A stretch of DNA of 64,000 nucleotides, from the NCBI GenBank assembly GCA_036785375.1, contig JAWMAR010000084.1, forward strand, positions 3,162,001 through 3,226,000. Direction: 5' to 3'. A model generated the notes under the pieces. It did no database searches and was not told the DNA's origin. It saw nothing but the letters and a program-made list of their open reading frames with translations. Positions 34,528 to 46,995 of the stretch are shown here, piece by piece (position 1 is the stretch's first letter; each line of letters begins with the position of its first letter). The DNA comes from Leucoraja ocellata (taxonomy: Eukaryota). Made by a program: the position numbers and the translations under genes.

Positions 34528-35135
34528 TTTTGTCTTCTTGAGTGCTTACTGTGGTGCGCTTTCCCTTATTTCTCCCACCTTTCTCCATATAGTAAGACTT
34601 GCCTGTGTTCTCTGCACGCAGTCTCCACGGAGACAAGCAGCCTGAAAGTGAAAGTAAAAAGTACCGCTTGGAGGGCTTTGCACCTCCTACCGTGGTCGCA
34701 GCGCAATGCGTCTGATGATATGACGCACGTGCGCCTGGACGGGCCTTCTTCACGTAGTCACTCACGTGACTCCGAAGTAAAATCAAGGTTCAGGATTGTA
34801 CTGTTTATACAAAATTGATATTAAAAGCCTGGCTGAAAAAAATTAAGATATTGTATTCAGAATTACTGTCTAGGACTAAATCAATGCATCAGTAATAGCC
34901 TAAAAGGAACATAGTCAATGTGATTCAATGTAAATAATTAATTATTATATATTGTTGCAAATCAGGCCCTATATTTGAATATATGTTGTTAATACCGTCT
35001 TTTGTTTTAATTTAATTCAGATTCTGGAACTGCTGTGAAATTCAGCAGCTTAAACTATTTACAAATGATTGCCATTCTCATTGTGTAATCAGGCACAAAT
35101 AAATAAGATTATGTTAATTTGTTTTCCTTCTTCAG

Positions 35136-35291
35136 GTGCAATTTTTGAGGAGACTGCCAGAAAGGATGACAAAATGTTTCGATTAGCCGTGGCCGAAATG
35201 AACATGAATGAAGAAATATTACAAAATGAAAAGATAACATTCTCGGTCAGATTTATTGATTCCAACAATCCATTCCAGGCTGTTCAAGAAG
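35136..35291 (+). CDS. GRID2-like: Internal coding exon (exon 2, amino-terminal domain) of a delta-type ionotropic glutamate receptor, GRID1/GRID2 family, closer to GRID2
   Basis: Acceptor TTTTCCTTCTTCAG and donor G|GTAAGA. 156 bp, phase 1-1. Encodes (G)[51 protein letters not shown](A). Length and motif match GRID exon 2 as I recall it; orthology is not settled. Confidence 0.93.
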
Positions 35292-36110
35292 GTAAGAAAA
35301 CAAATTTTCAGCCATTTATTTCATTAACCTTTTCTTTTATGAAATTATTGCAGTTTTTGTCACTATTATTGTATATCCTGTAAGATTTCCTATCTTTCGA
35401 GGTGGATTTTAATTATGGATCATTTCCATCAAGAGTAAATGGAAATTTTGAACTGGAAATTAATGAATTCTTGAAATAAATTGGGTGTTACATTTTTAAA
35501 ATTTTAGTCTGGGGATTTTAACATTTGGATTAAATTTAATGATTAAACTGCCAGCTCCCACTTTGTTTAATAAAATCAATGAAGTTTTGAATATATACTT
35601 CCTTCTCAATGGAATGGATGTGAACTTTTAACCTTTAAATTATCTTTCTGTAATAGCCTCCAAGTAATTGTTTAATTTTCCAGATCTTAATTAAAAGCAA
35701 GTTAGTTTTGTTTGGCTGTAAGCTGCCTACCTGTCTTTATTTGCAACTATCGTGAAGAGTAAACATTGGAACTATTTTAATAGTAAACTATGTATTTTCT
35801 TCATTTGAAATCGCTACAACTTGATCACACCATTCTTCAATTCCTCTCTACCATTGCCCAATGAGTCAGAATGCCATTACCGTTTGCCGTAAACTAATCA
35901 GTCATATCAAAATAATTTCCATTGATGGCTCTTCTTTCCTCTGCAGTGTTCTCAATGAAAAATTGCAATGAGCTAAGTAAGCCAGGGGTGTTTTTACTGG
36001 AGTTGGGTTTTGACGAGCATGATGTAAAAATACTCTGTGGCACCAGCTATACTCTGGGCTTTGCTTCTAAAGCTCTTCTGTGGATGGAATGGTTATCACC
36101 CCTTACCAAG

Positions 36111-36897
36111 CAGGGGTGGAAAACCTGGGGGGGGGGGGGGGGGGGGGGGGCGGCAGGGGGGCAGGGGGGCAGGGCAGAGGAGACACGTCTCCTCCATGTT
36201 TTGAGAGGTGGGGGACACCCCCCCCCCCCAAGTTTTTGTAATCCAGGGTTTTAGAACCCGGTGAAATCTCCACTTTCCGTGAGACAGTGGGGGTGGGACT
36301 GATGATCGAGGGCGCCGATTGGACGAGAGAGATGTCGGTCAGCAGGCAATGGGGGCGGGGCATGCTTCAGGAGGAGGGAGGAGTGGGGTGGGACTGAGGA
36401 TAGAGCGCGGTGATTGGAGGAGGGAGACGTAGCACAGACCTGTGGGGGGGGGGGGGGGCACTCGGGACAGTGCCGGAGACCCGGCCAGGATCGATCCTGC
36501 CTGCGGATGAGACGCAGGTCCAAAGATCCTGTAGGTCTATCCTCCGCTAAAGGATCTTTGGTCGGGAATCAGACTGGGCGCGGTGCCCCCAGGCCCACAG
36601 CCAGTGCAGAGAAACAGCGCTAAACCCAGCTCAACGCTGCCTGTCCCGCCAGGTGAGCCCACAGTCTTCCTGGACTTGCGGGAAATATGGCCAGCGCAGA
36701 GAAGCAATGCTGGTAACCCGTCAGTCCAGACAGTGCTGTAGTTAACCCGGTGAGACAGGCAGAGTTGAGCTGCATTTAGCGCTGGATTGAGCCACCAAAG
36801 CCTCGCGCACGTGTGTGAGTGTGCGCATGCACCTGTGGCCACCAAAAAATTGTGTCCCCCGGTCCCCTCCATGTTTTGATAGTGAGTTCCGCTCTTG
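36111..36897. mobile_element. hAT-type MITE
   Basis: Perfect 8-bp TSD TTACCAAG (36103-36110 and 36898-36905). Imperfect TIRs CAGGGGTGGAA and TTCCGCTCTTG. The paralogous empty site at about 39336-39343 has a single TTACCAAG. Confidence 0.88.
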
Positions 36898-37178
36898 TTA
36901 CCAAGGCAATACACTGCTGTGATTCCATACATAACATGGATACCTTTGGTTTGGCCTCTGGCAGAACTGAGGTTTGTGGTGTGGGCTGAAATTTGACACC
37001 TGAATGATGTTTGTGTGGAGCCTTTGAGGCCACTAAAAATTCAAGGTAGAAATGTGTATGATGTTGTTGGATTTGAGTAAATGTGTGTAGTGACTTTGTA
37101 GGAATGGGAAATTTTACATTACAGTTATAGACATAGACTGCCAGAACAAGCAGAACCATTGTCATAGTAATAACATAG

Positions 37179-37722
37179 CCTTCCGGAGGTGCAGCTGAGA
37201 AGCCGAGGTCGGAGTCTCGCGAGTCGGAGGTGGAGCATCGATGGTCGGACCCGGGGCCTCGCGGGTCAGAGATGGAGCTTCGCGGGTCAACGAAGCCTGC
37301 GGCCACCAACCTCTCGGTTGGTAGAGACCACGGCTGGGGCCTGAGTCAGAGCCATGGAGGCATTCGGAGAGGAGCCGGCAGCATTAGTGGATGGGTCGAT
37401 GCAGCCATCGATGATGGTGCCAAACGGCGAATGGGGACGGACACGCGAAAGTGAGGACGCCGCTGCTGAGGGAAGGAACAACGGAGGACCTGGCGTGGTG
37501 GGACCGCCATAAGGGAAGGGGAAAACCAATGGACAGTGAAGGACCTTGCGTGGGGGGACCACTATGAGGGAGGGGGAGGAAGAACAAAGGTGGGGGGGGG
37601 GGGGGATTTGTAACTTTGCAAGTGACCTTTTTGGGTGACTATTTGCATACTTTGGATATGCAAGCAAAGAATTTCACTGTGACTCGTCACATGTGACAAA
37701 GTATTTAATTCCATTCAATTCA
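37179..37722 (+). mobile_element. GC-rich non-coding retroposon fragment with a Rex-type 3' end
   Basis: Ends AAAGAATTTCACTGTGACTCGTCACATGTGACAA plus an (ATTC)-like tail. Absent from the paralogous segment at about 39640-39655. Confidence 0.6.
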
Positions 37723-39187
37723 ATTGCATGTGCAATTATCTCATCCTTGCATTCTCCCCATTGATCTCAGTTTAGACACCTATTTCCCAACAGCATGTTG
37801 CTCCTTGCAAACAGTTTAACTCCATTTGCAAAGTGATGACGATCAGCTCTGCTTCACCAGCATCTCTCCTGTGTTTTATGTTTTCAGGCTGATTGTCCAG
37901 CATCTAATCATTCTTGTGCCTCAATTCCCTCATTTTGAAGATTGAAAGTATGTTTGGTTCCTGCCTCCAATTTGGTTTCCACGTCCCTGGTGGACTAATT
38001 GCAATGTTGGAATCCTGTTTGATTCCAGTTGATTTGCTGACCTTATCACATAGATCTGTTGTTCATCTCAACCATTGCCTCATTCCTGAAACCCACATCT
38101 ATCTTTCTGCTATCTGGAATGCTTTCTTGCTGCCTGCAATCCACCACTCTCCAGTAACTTCAAATGATAAAGCATCCTCCTGCACTTGTTCTAACAGCAA
38201 AGTATCAATCTCAAATCTTTCCTGATCAACTGACTTGCATTAACTTGTACACTAAAATGTTATTAATTTGTATCCCTGCATTATTTTAATCCTTCCTTGG
38301 TCCTGTGACCGCCCCAGCTCTCTAAGATACTCCAGTCCTACATCCACCTAAAACTTTGTTTTTTTTTATCCTCTATTTCATTCGCATTCTGGGATCTCAA
38401 GATGTGAAATCTTCACCTTAAACCTCTGCCTTTGCACACTAGCTACGTTTTATAAGAACCTTAAAACCTGCCTCTTTTATTCAAGGATTTAGAAACTAAT
38501 CTTGTTATCTCCCTCCTTGGCTTAATTGTTATATTGCTGCAACCTAACCATATATTAATAAAAACCTTTGCATTCCTAAATTACAGGAGGGGAGAAATAA
38601 AAATTCTTCTCTCTGCTCACATCATTGTTTTGCTACAGATTCCTTATGCTACACAACACACAAAATCACTTCTTCCCCTTGGCATTTTTAATTATTGATA
38701 TTATATGTACAGAGGAAGAGAGACTGGTAATTTTATTCAGTAACTGCACTCGGCTTAATTTCTCTTATCTTTGGAACTGGAAGCAATGGAAGTAAATTGA
38801 AGTGACACTTACTACTTATAATGTCTCATGCTTTTAGACATTTTAGTTCTCTCTCCTCCACTTGAATTTTCTGCCATTGGTCATGTATTCCCAGACTGTG
38901 TTCTGTCAGTGTATCATTAATACTGACTTAGCCACTGACCAGAGGATTATAATTGAAACTAGGTAAAGACATGTTATCCAGCTCTCTCTCCTCATAAAAA
39001 TGTTAAATCAATTTCATATACTGGAGGATTCCTTCAGGAATTAAGAGTGGATGGGGTATTGAATGTTTGGCACCTGTAAAGCCAGGTAATAAAATGCTTG
39101 TTTAAATTTGCAACAGGAAGGCACTGAATGCCGATTGTTGTGCATGCAGGGCCTCAACAAATTCAGCTATTGAGTATCCCAGTAGCG

Positions 39188-39674
39188 TCAATGAGAAGTT
39201 GTTATAAGCTAAAGAAGTCTGGGGTGTTTTTTACTGAAATAGGGCTTTGTGAAGCATGTGAAGACACTCTGAGGCAACACACCCTGAGCTTTGCTTCTAA
39301 AGCACTCCTGTGGATGGAATGGTTGAATTGGACTCCTTACCAAGACAATACCCTGCCGTGTGCCTTTGCGTAATATGGATCCCTTTAGTTTGGCCTCCGG
39401 TGGAACTGAAGTTTGCAATGTGGGCTGAAATCTGAAACCACATTGATTTTTCATTTTTGGGGCACTGGAAATACAAGATAGATGTGTGTGTGATGTCGTA
39501 GGATTTGAATAAATGCATGTAGTGGTTTTGTAGATATGGGAAATTTTACATTGCAGTTATGGTCTTGAGAATTGTAGACTGCCAGAACAAGTAATACCAC
39601 TTTCGGCTGTCAGAACAAGTCTGTATTGAAGGCAATGTCATAATAATGACATTGCATGTGCCATTGTCTCATCC
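39188..39674 (+). repeat. Copy 2 (uninterrupted) of the old direct duplication
   Basis: See 35950-37746. Confidence 0.85.
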
Positions 39675-40569
39675 TATTACAATTTTGTGCAATTTGTTCA
39701 AAATTTTCCGCACAAATGTACCATACTACCATTCCTCTTTGTTGGGGGGGGGGGGAGAGGAGTTTGACCATCACAATGGTCTCTCAGTCTCTGATTTTGT
39801 GTCATGACTTGAGAAATGCATGAAATCAAGTTTCAGCGCACTGTTGACCTGAATCAACTTCAGTGGTTGCTTCCATATCGACTTGTAGAACGTGTTTGGC
39901 ATCACATTTCTCTAATAGGTTTTGATTGCATATCTCTCTGCAATGATCTTGTCATTGTGGAGGCTTCTGACCTTACCTCCACCATGCAAAATGTATGGAT
40001 CAGTGCAATAGATTGGTACAGTTCACCAATATGCAACTTTGGCATGTTCTACTTGTTCAGTAGTGTTAATACTCTCACTTACTCATGTTACTTGAATACT
40101 TTTCCATTGTTCAGGTGTGAATCAGGATTTTACTTTTGATTTAATTGCTGACTGTTTCTCCTCCAGTTTGGGCTGTAGGAAAATTAAGTATGTTCAGAAT
40201 CTGTGATGAGTTAACAACTCTGTTGAGGTGAATCTTGTGAAGAAATATAGAGTTGCATCATAACTGTATGGATAATGAACTAAACAAAAGCAGTTAGACC
40301 CACAATCTTTGGAAAACATTTATTGGAAAGGAAGTGTTAGGAATACTTTCATTCCTTTTAGGTGTATCGTTGATGGTAAAATGGGATTAATGTGTGATTG
40401 ATAGTCTCTGGTAACTTTTGTTCTCCAAGTGTTCAGGGGTTGTGATCTGAATTGAACTTCATTATCTACTGTCAGTTGAGAAAATTGATCTTGGTTCCTG
40501 AATTGTACATTCTGCCATCTGTCAAGAGTGTGTAACTGTAAGGACCAGAGTGTTCACAGAAATGATTGG

Positions 40570-41020
40570 GTTATGATGAGCGTTTGATGGCACTGGGCCA
40601 GCACCCACTGGAATTTAGAAGGATGAGGAGAGACCTCATTGAAACTTACCGTATAGTGAAAGGCCTGGATAGAGTGGATGTAGAGAGGATGTTTCCACTA
40701 GTGGGGGAGTCTAGGACCTGAGGCTATAGCCGCAGAATAAAAGGATGTACCTTTAGGAAGGAGATAAGGGAGAATTTATTTAGTTCAGAGGGTGGTGAAT
40801 CTGTGGAATTTATTGCCACAGACTGTGGAGGCCAAGTTGATGGATATATTTTTAAGCAGAGATTGATAGATTTTTTTATTAGGTCGGGTTCAGGGGTTAT
40901 GAGGAGAAAGCAGGATAATGGGGTTGAGAGCGAAAGGTGAATCAGCCATGATTGAATGGCGGAAGAGATTTGATGGGCCGAATGGCATAATTCTGCTCTT
41001 ATCACCTATGAACTTATGAA
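40570..41020 (+). mobile_element. CR1-type LINE 3' fragment
   Basis: GAATTTAGAAGGATGAGGAGAGACCTCATTGAAAC...CAGAGGGTGGTGAATCTGTGGAATT...GATGGGCCGAATGGC; same family as 46380-46995 and 62470-62925. Confidence 0.8.
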
Positions 41021-43237
41021 AATTATCATTGTAACTTTTTAATAAAAGTTAATTGTCTGGAATGATCGAATCGGCTATCTCCATGACTGAAAAGGGGGCA
41101 TTTTGTTATGGTGTTTTACTCTCTAGAGAAACCTTTCATATTTACTATGCTAGTACATTATAATCAATTGGTTCTTTCATGCAGAAATAAGAACAGTACA
41201 TGCTGGAAATACTCAAAAGATCAGCCAGAATTTGTAGACGGAGAAGGAATGTTAATATTTTTGATTGATAACCTTTGATTTGTTTTTATTGATGACCTTT
41301 CATCTGAACTGTAAAAATGAGGAATTAAGCATTCTAGGGGAATAAGGGGAATGTCTGTGATAGCACTTATGTTGTTTTCTCTCATCTAAACTCGCTCAGC
41401 TTCAACCTTCCACAGATACATCAGCTGAATCCGAGACTTAACCACCCTCCCTTGAATGCCACCAATGGCGTTTTGTTTTAATCTAAATTGTTTTTGACTT
41501 GACTCTTTCATATATATTTATTTTTGCTCTCTCCCTTTTTTGAAAATATTAATTCTGATTCTATCTCTACAGATGCAACCTGATCAGCTAAGTCTCTGAT
41601 TTTCTGGTTTTCACCGGAATTTTCTGGTTTTCACCAGATTTCCGCCATCTGCATTATTTGTTTTTGGGTTCCATTTCTCTGGTCATGAATTTGACCATTT
41701 TATGTCCCCACGCCAATCATCTTTGATTTATAGTTGATGGATATCTTCTGTTGCAGAATTGTTGCAAATCATGTTCAGACCTTAATGTAATCAGAGTAAT
41801 CTCTTAGAATTTGCTCAGGCTTGTTTCAGTTGACTTGATGCTTCCTGACCCACTGATTCCTCCTCGCAGATAGTCTTTTTTTTTGCTCCAGACTCTAGCA
41901 TCTGCAGTCTCTCGTGTCTCTTGTAACTGTTGTTGTTTCTGTGATTTCTGCAACTGCGATTGTAAATAGCAGCCTTGATAAAACATGTATTTGATCAGTA
42001 AAAGCATCTGCCCAATTGATCTTTCCTCCTTTGTAGGTCTTTGCCTCGTGTCATGCAGTCAGCCACAACTGATTAGCAATTTGAACTCTTCATCTTGATA
42101 GCATGCCATGCATTGTATTTGAATTTCCTCATTTAAATCCAACACAAATGTATCCCTTATGATTCACAGACTCGCAATGCCCTTCACAGATCATTCAATA
42201 TAATAATATATTTTCCAGATTTTTTTCTCATTTTGACCTAAATCTTCACAATTTCAAAAGGCTGTGCTTGAAATAATCTTTCAATGTTAGTACAATAAAT
42301 ACCTCCAGTGCACATGTAAGTCTTGCTGCTTACCGTAAGGGCAGAATCTTCTGCTGGTGCATTTTCAATGTGAGCTTCAACTTGCAGGCTTTTATTTGCA
42401 AAGAAAAAAACTCCTCCCATTTGCACAATGAAAGATGAATACTCTTAAACAATAAATGCACCCCGATTTACAATTTTTGACGTGTCCTGCTTTGTCAGTG
42501 TCACTCCACACTGAAGTCTTCTCTGCACTATGTTCAAGTCTCCTGCTTTTAATTCTCGTCTCACAATGCCACTGATTGCTGATGCCTTGATAAATGTCAC
42601 AATCTGAGTAGTTGATATCAGGTTGCTGTCTCCCTGCAAGGTCCTGGGAGATCTGAAAATGACACCTTTTATTCTTTTATCTTCGTCACTGGTTGTGGTC
42701 CATTGAGAGATGGTGTCCTGCACTGAAGTTGGTGGTGAATATCATCGGTTTTCATTCCTTTAGCGAGATGGGTTTTGAGGCATGAGAAGTGGTCCACGTT
42801 TCCCAGAGAGAGTCTTGATGTGAAAACTGTTTTTTATTTGTTGGAGTACAGTGTGTTACAGAAGGTAGAGGTCATTATTCTTTCAGATGTTGAACTAAAG
42901 AACCATAGAAAATGGTTGAAGTGTGGCCACTGAATATGCTTCAGTGCAAAATCATTCTCTGCACACTACAGCATGACTACTAAGATATCGATAGCCCTGG
43001 ATAACCTGAACAATGTCCCAATATTTTTTTAAATTACCACCACTCCTGCAGGAATTCCTTTGGACATGAGCTGCAACATTATGGTAAGAAAGTTGTAGAA
43101 CAATGATGAGCTCTTCATGGTGGATGGATCTGTTATATACTCATTGCTTAACGTTATGATTTGCACGCGGAGCAAGCAGAAAATAGAGACGGATTTCTGT
43201 TAGTAGCCAAACCTGAGGAGGATATTCACCTGTCAAA

Positions 43238-43440
43238 TGTGTAGGAAGGAAATGCAGAGGCTGCTTTACACCGAAGATAGACACAAAATGCTTGAGTAAC
43301 TTAGCGGGACAAGCAGCATCTCTGGAGAGAAGGAATGGGTTCAGTATGAAGAAGGATCTCGACCTGAAACGTCACCCATTCCTTCTATCAAGAGATGCTG
43401 CCTGTTCCGCTGAGTTACACCAGCATTTTGTTTATCTTCA
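43238..43440. repeat. Penelope-derived palindromic element with a hammerhead-like core
   Basis: Arms GAAGATAGACACAAAATGCT...GCAGCATCTCTGGAGAGAAGGAATGGGT and ACCCATTCCTTCT...GATGCTGC...GCATTTTGTTTATCTTC. Core TGAAGAAGGATCTCGACCTGAAACGTC. Confidence 0.8.
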
Positions 43441-44164
43441 CCTGTGAATTGATTGGTGATGTTGAAGAAGGCCAGATACAGCTTTTCTGTGTAGCTTTTT
43501 TTTAAATGTTGGAATTATCACACAGTGATGATTATGTAGTGCTGAACAGTTCCACACTGTGATTCAGCCAAATGGAAGGAGAAGTTGTGGAGAATCCCCA
43601 CAAAGGTTTGTGTGCCAGATGGCAGGGAGATCTCTTGTAACCAATGCAGTCAGAAGGAAATGGTATTTGAAGATCATAACATTTTTGATCTGAGACAAAA
43701 GTTGTGGCTGCATTGATCCCTGTCTTTCTTTAATCCTTCTGAGATCTATCTTGCCTTCTGCAACCATCTAAAGGTACTGGATAAAGATCATTAATGTCTT
43801 CACAAAATCTTCCAAATTTATTGGAAGGATAAGCAAATCAACATCAATCCCCTTTTAATCGTCAGCACTCCAAGTTAACATGTCTGACACTAGACTTTTT
43901 TTGAAATGGACATTCTATTTGAAGCTCGGCCATGGGAAGATATAACCAGTTGGACAAGGGAAAAACAAAATCAATGATTTGTTCAAAGCCTCCTTTAAGA
44001 AATGCAACATCCTGATTGAATCCTTGGGAATTTCTGAGCCATGACTGCTGAAAATGGGAAGGGAGCATCCAGTATAAAGGCTCTGCATTGGAAACAGTGA
44101 TGTTGTGTGAATTTTGAGAGGAGTGGTCCACTTTATAAACTACCTATTAGCTTCTTCTGTCATA

Positions 44165-44640
44165 TGTATTTTAGACCTGCAGCTCCGTTGAGGTGAGCCA
44201 GGCCAAAGTGTCACCGTCCAGGTCAATCAGATCTCGTTCACCATTTGGTGGCCGGTGTTTGGGACAACTGGTGATAATGTGCTCCACTGCCTGTGTTTAG
44301 TCCCTACACTCGCAGGAGGCGCTGTCCATGAGGCCCCACCTCTTCATCGCTGCTCCATAGCATCCGACGCATATCCTCAAGCAGTTGAGAGTTGTCCACT
44401 GCTTTCGGGGCAGGTCCTGGCCAGGGACTTCCATGGGGTCATCAATGTAATGGTGTAGCCTAGATGGTTCCGCTGACTTCCACTGGTCTCTCCATCTCGT
44501 CTTGACCCAGGCGGCCTTGGAAGCATCAGCCGGTGTTGTGCAGAGCCACCTAATAGCCACTGCCTGTTTCATTTGCGGGAGAGGCTGAGGTACACAGTGG
44601 TCTCATCAACTTCCTTGCATGCTTTCCCAGCGGGAATGTT
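44165..44640 (-). mobile_element. Non-LTR retrotransposon C-terminal fragment (Ingi/Vingi- or RTE-X-like)
   Basis: VPGQDLPRKQWTTLNCLRICVGCYGAAMKRWGLMDSASCEC followed by QTV/AVEHIITSCP-type sequence, a C-terminal zinc-knuckle region. Confidence 0.65.
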
Positions 44641-46379
44641 ACTAGTCCTCAAGCCCAAGGGAATACTAAAGAAACTGAAGATACATTATTCAAGAGAGGA
44701 TAAGCATTAAGAGAGAGCAAGAGCTTTAGAACATCTTCTACCAGCTTTATTAATGATTCATTGCATCACCACTTATGAATATGTCTTACATGTGATGATG
44801 TTCCATTTACATGTTCACGTGACTGATTTAGCTTTATACAACAGAGCTGCAACTGGGCTTCTTTCTAGAAATCTACTCCAAAAAGTAAAAGTCAGTTAAA
44901 GTTCCAGATGAAGAGAGAAAATGGAAGAAGGCATGTTTGAAAATGTTATTATACTTCTCAAAGCATTTTCATGTCCAGAACTGAAGTGAGAAATGGTGCA
45001 TGAATGGCTTTGCTTCTCTGGAGAGCCTATAACATGGTTGTTGAGCAGAATTACCAAACAATTGATTGCTCGACCTTCAATTTCCTCACAGCGGTGAATG
45101 CATCTCCATCTCACAAAATTCACCAAGTGTATAAGTAATTTTGAATGCTTTGCTTTCATGCTTTCATTCAACCTGTGAGTATGTGGGCTTGTTGTGGGTG
45201 ACGTATTCATCACTTTTTCCCCACAAATAACGTAAGAAAACATTTAGGGTTGTGGGATATACAATGATTACAATCCTCATCCATGTAATAGAGGCTATTG
45301 ACTGCATCTCAGCACTTTGCAGGATCCTTCCACACATTGCAGCTGGCTTCATAAATCACAACTTTCGGCTCTCTTAATATACAAATGTGTAATAATGGTC
45401 AATATCCTGTATTCGGATGTAATTTTAAGTTGCTTCATATATCTATTAAACCTTTCTGCTCAGTGATTTTTCTTATTGGAGGGACAGTTGAAGCCTTGTT
45501 TTTTGGGGATTGGGGCAGACCTCGGCGGCACGGTGGCACAGCAATAGAGTTGCTGCCTTACGGCGCCAGAGAACCAAGTTTGATCCTGACTACGGGTGCT
45601 GTCTGTACGGAGTGTGTACGTTCTCCCCGTGACCTGCGTGGGTTTTCTCCTGGATCTCCGGTTTCCTCCCACACTGCAAAGACGTTTTGGTTTGTCGGTT
45701 AATTGGTTTATTGTAAATTGTCGCTAAATTGTTTGTGGGATAGTGTTGGTGTATGGGGATTGCTGGTCAGCATGGACTCGGTGTTTCCGCGCTGTATCTC
45801 TAAAACTAAAACTAATACCTGCTTTATACCTTGTCTTGGGAACCCGCAATCTGCATCCTTTCTATTGTGGATGTTCCAGAACAGCTCCAAGAGTTGAATC
45901 AATAAGTTTCTAATCCTTACCAGAGGTTCTGATGCAAACAGCTTCCATGTCTCCATGGGGTTGCTTCCCCATTTTGGGCTGCAGATTCTTTTTTTTTTTA
46001 ACTCTCCTTTCAAAGGCTTCAGGCACTTTTAGAATCTGCAGTAATAATGCATTTCACAGCTTCTTATCGGCAAATTGCCCGTGGGAAGTGCTTTACACAG
46101 GGATCTGCCTGAACCATATGAATGACAAAGAAACCAGAATATTACAGATCCCCTGTTGATTTCCCTTCAGCAACCATTGCTCCTTTCAATCTATGATTTG
46201 ACTGTTTTATGAAATGATGACATAATTATAATCCTACACAGAATGAAATAAGTGTTTCTATGCCACATTAAAAAATGATTATCAGGTGATAAGTATTTCA
46301 AAAAATATGTTTTTGTTGTGACATGCATACGAAAGTGCCTGCAATACCTTGCATCTTTTTATTTTGTGAAGTTGCTTGC

Positions 46380-46995
46380 CATAAGGTCATAATTGATAGG
46401 AGCAGAATTAGGCCATTCGGCCTATCAAGTCTACTCTGCCAGTCAATCATGGCTTATCTATCTCTTCCTCCCAAGCCCATTCTCCTGCCTTCTCCCCATA
46501 ACTGTTAACATCTGTAGTAATCAAGAATCTATCTCTGCCTTAAAAATATCCACAGCCTTCTGTGGCAAAGAATGCCATTGATTCACCACCCTCTGATTAA
46601 CGAAATCCCTCCGCATCTCCTTCCTAAAGGAACGTCGTTTAATTCTGAGGCTATGACCCCTGGTCCTAGACTCTTCCACTAATGGAAACATCCTCTCCAC
46701 ATCCACTGTATCCAAGCCTTTCACTATTTGATAAGTTTTAATGAGGTCCCCCTTCATACTTTTAAACTCCAGTGAGTACAGGCCCAGTTCCGTCAAACGC
46801 TCATCATATGGTAACCCACTCATTCCTGGGATCATTCTTGTAAACCTCCTCTGGACCCTCTCCAGAGCCAGCACATCCTTCCTCAGATATGGTGCCTAAA
46901 ATTGATCGCAATACCCCAAATCCCTTATAGAGCCTCAACATTACCTCCCTGTTTTGTATTCTAGCCCTGTTGAAATAAATGTGGCATTGCGTTTG
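46380..46995 (-). mobile_element. CR1-type LINE 3' fragment
   Basis: LALERVQRRFTRMIPGMSGLPYDERLTELGLYSLEF...SRTRGHSLRI (ORF 46521-46874). Confidence 0.88.

Larger units (their letters stand above)
32360..34783 (-). mobile_element. DIRS1-type element of a second subfamily, internally deleted (2424 bp)
   Basis: Left end ATTTTACTTCGGAGTCACGTGAGTGACTACGTGAAGAA is identical to the first copy. Own ITR pair (about 34721-34757 and 32432-32468, 1 mismatch). ICR at about 32594-32706. ATT at both junctions. The gag 5' part is joined directly to the start of the MT region at about 34300. Confidence 0.95.
35950..37746 (+). repeat. Copy 1 of an old direct duplication (about 0.45 kb, interrupted by two insertions); copy 2 at about 39188-39674
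   Basis: Colinear blocks such as GCTTTGCTTCTAAAGC..CTGTGGATGGAATGGTT, CCTTACCAAG.CAATAC, ATGGGAAATTTTACATT.CAGTTAT, TAGACTGCCAGAACAAG and TTGCATGTGC.ATT.TCTCATCC. Confidence 0.85.

Noticed and set aside
35069-35383. 104-aa ORF as a stand-alone gene
   Set aside because: Only 35136-35291 is GRID-like and it is bounded by canonical splice sites; the rest is intron read-through.
39290-39330. Minus-strand HSIHRSALEAK resembling the hAT-Charlie HCxIHRxAL motif in the duplicated segment
   Set aside because: Very short match, lacks the Cys, and flanking sequence gives no support.
41900-44130. Degraded RTE-like LINE
   Set aside because: Only faint endonuclease- and RT-like words, in an order inconsistent with a single element; cannot be supported without an alignment.
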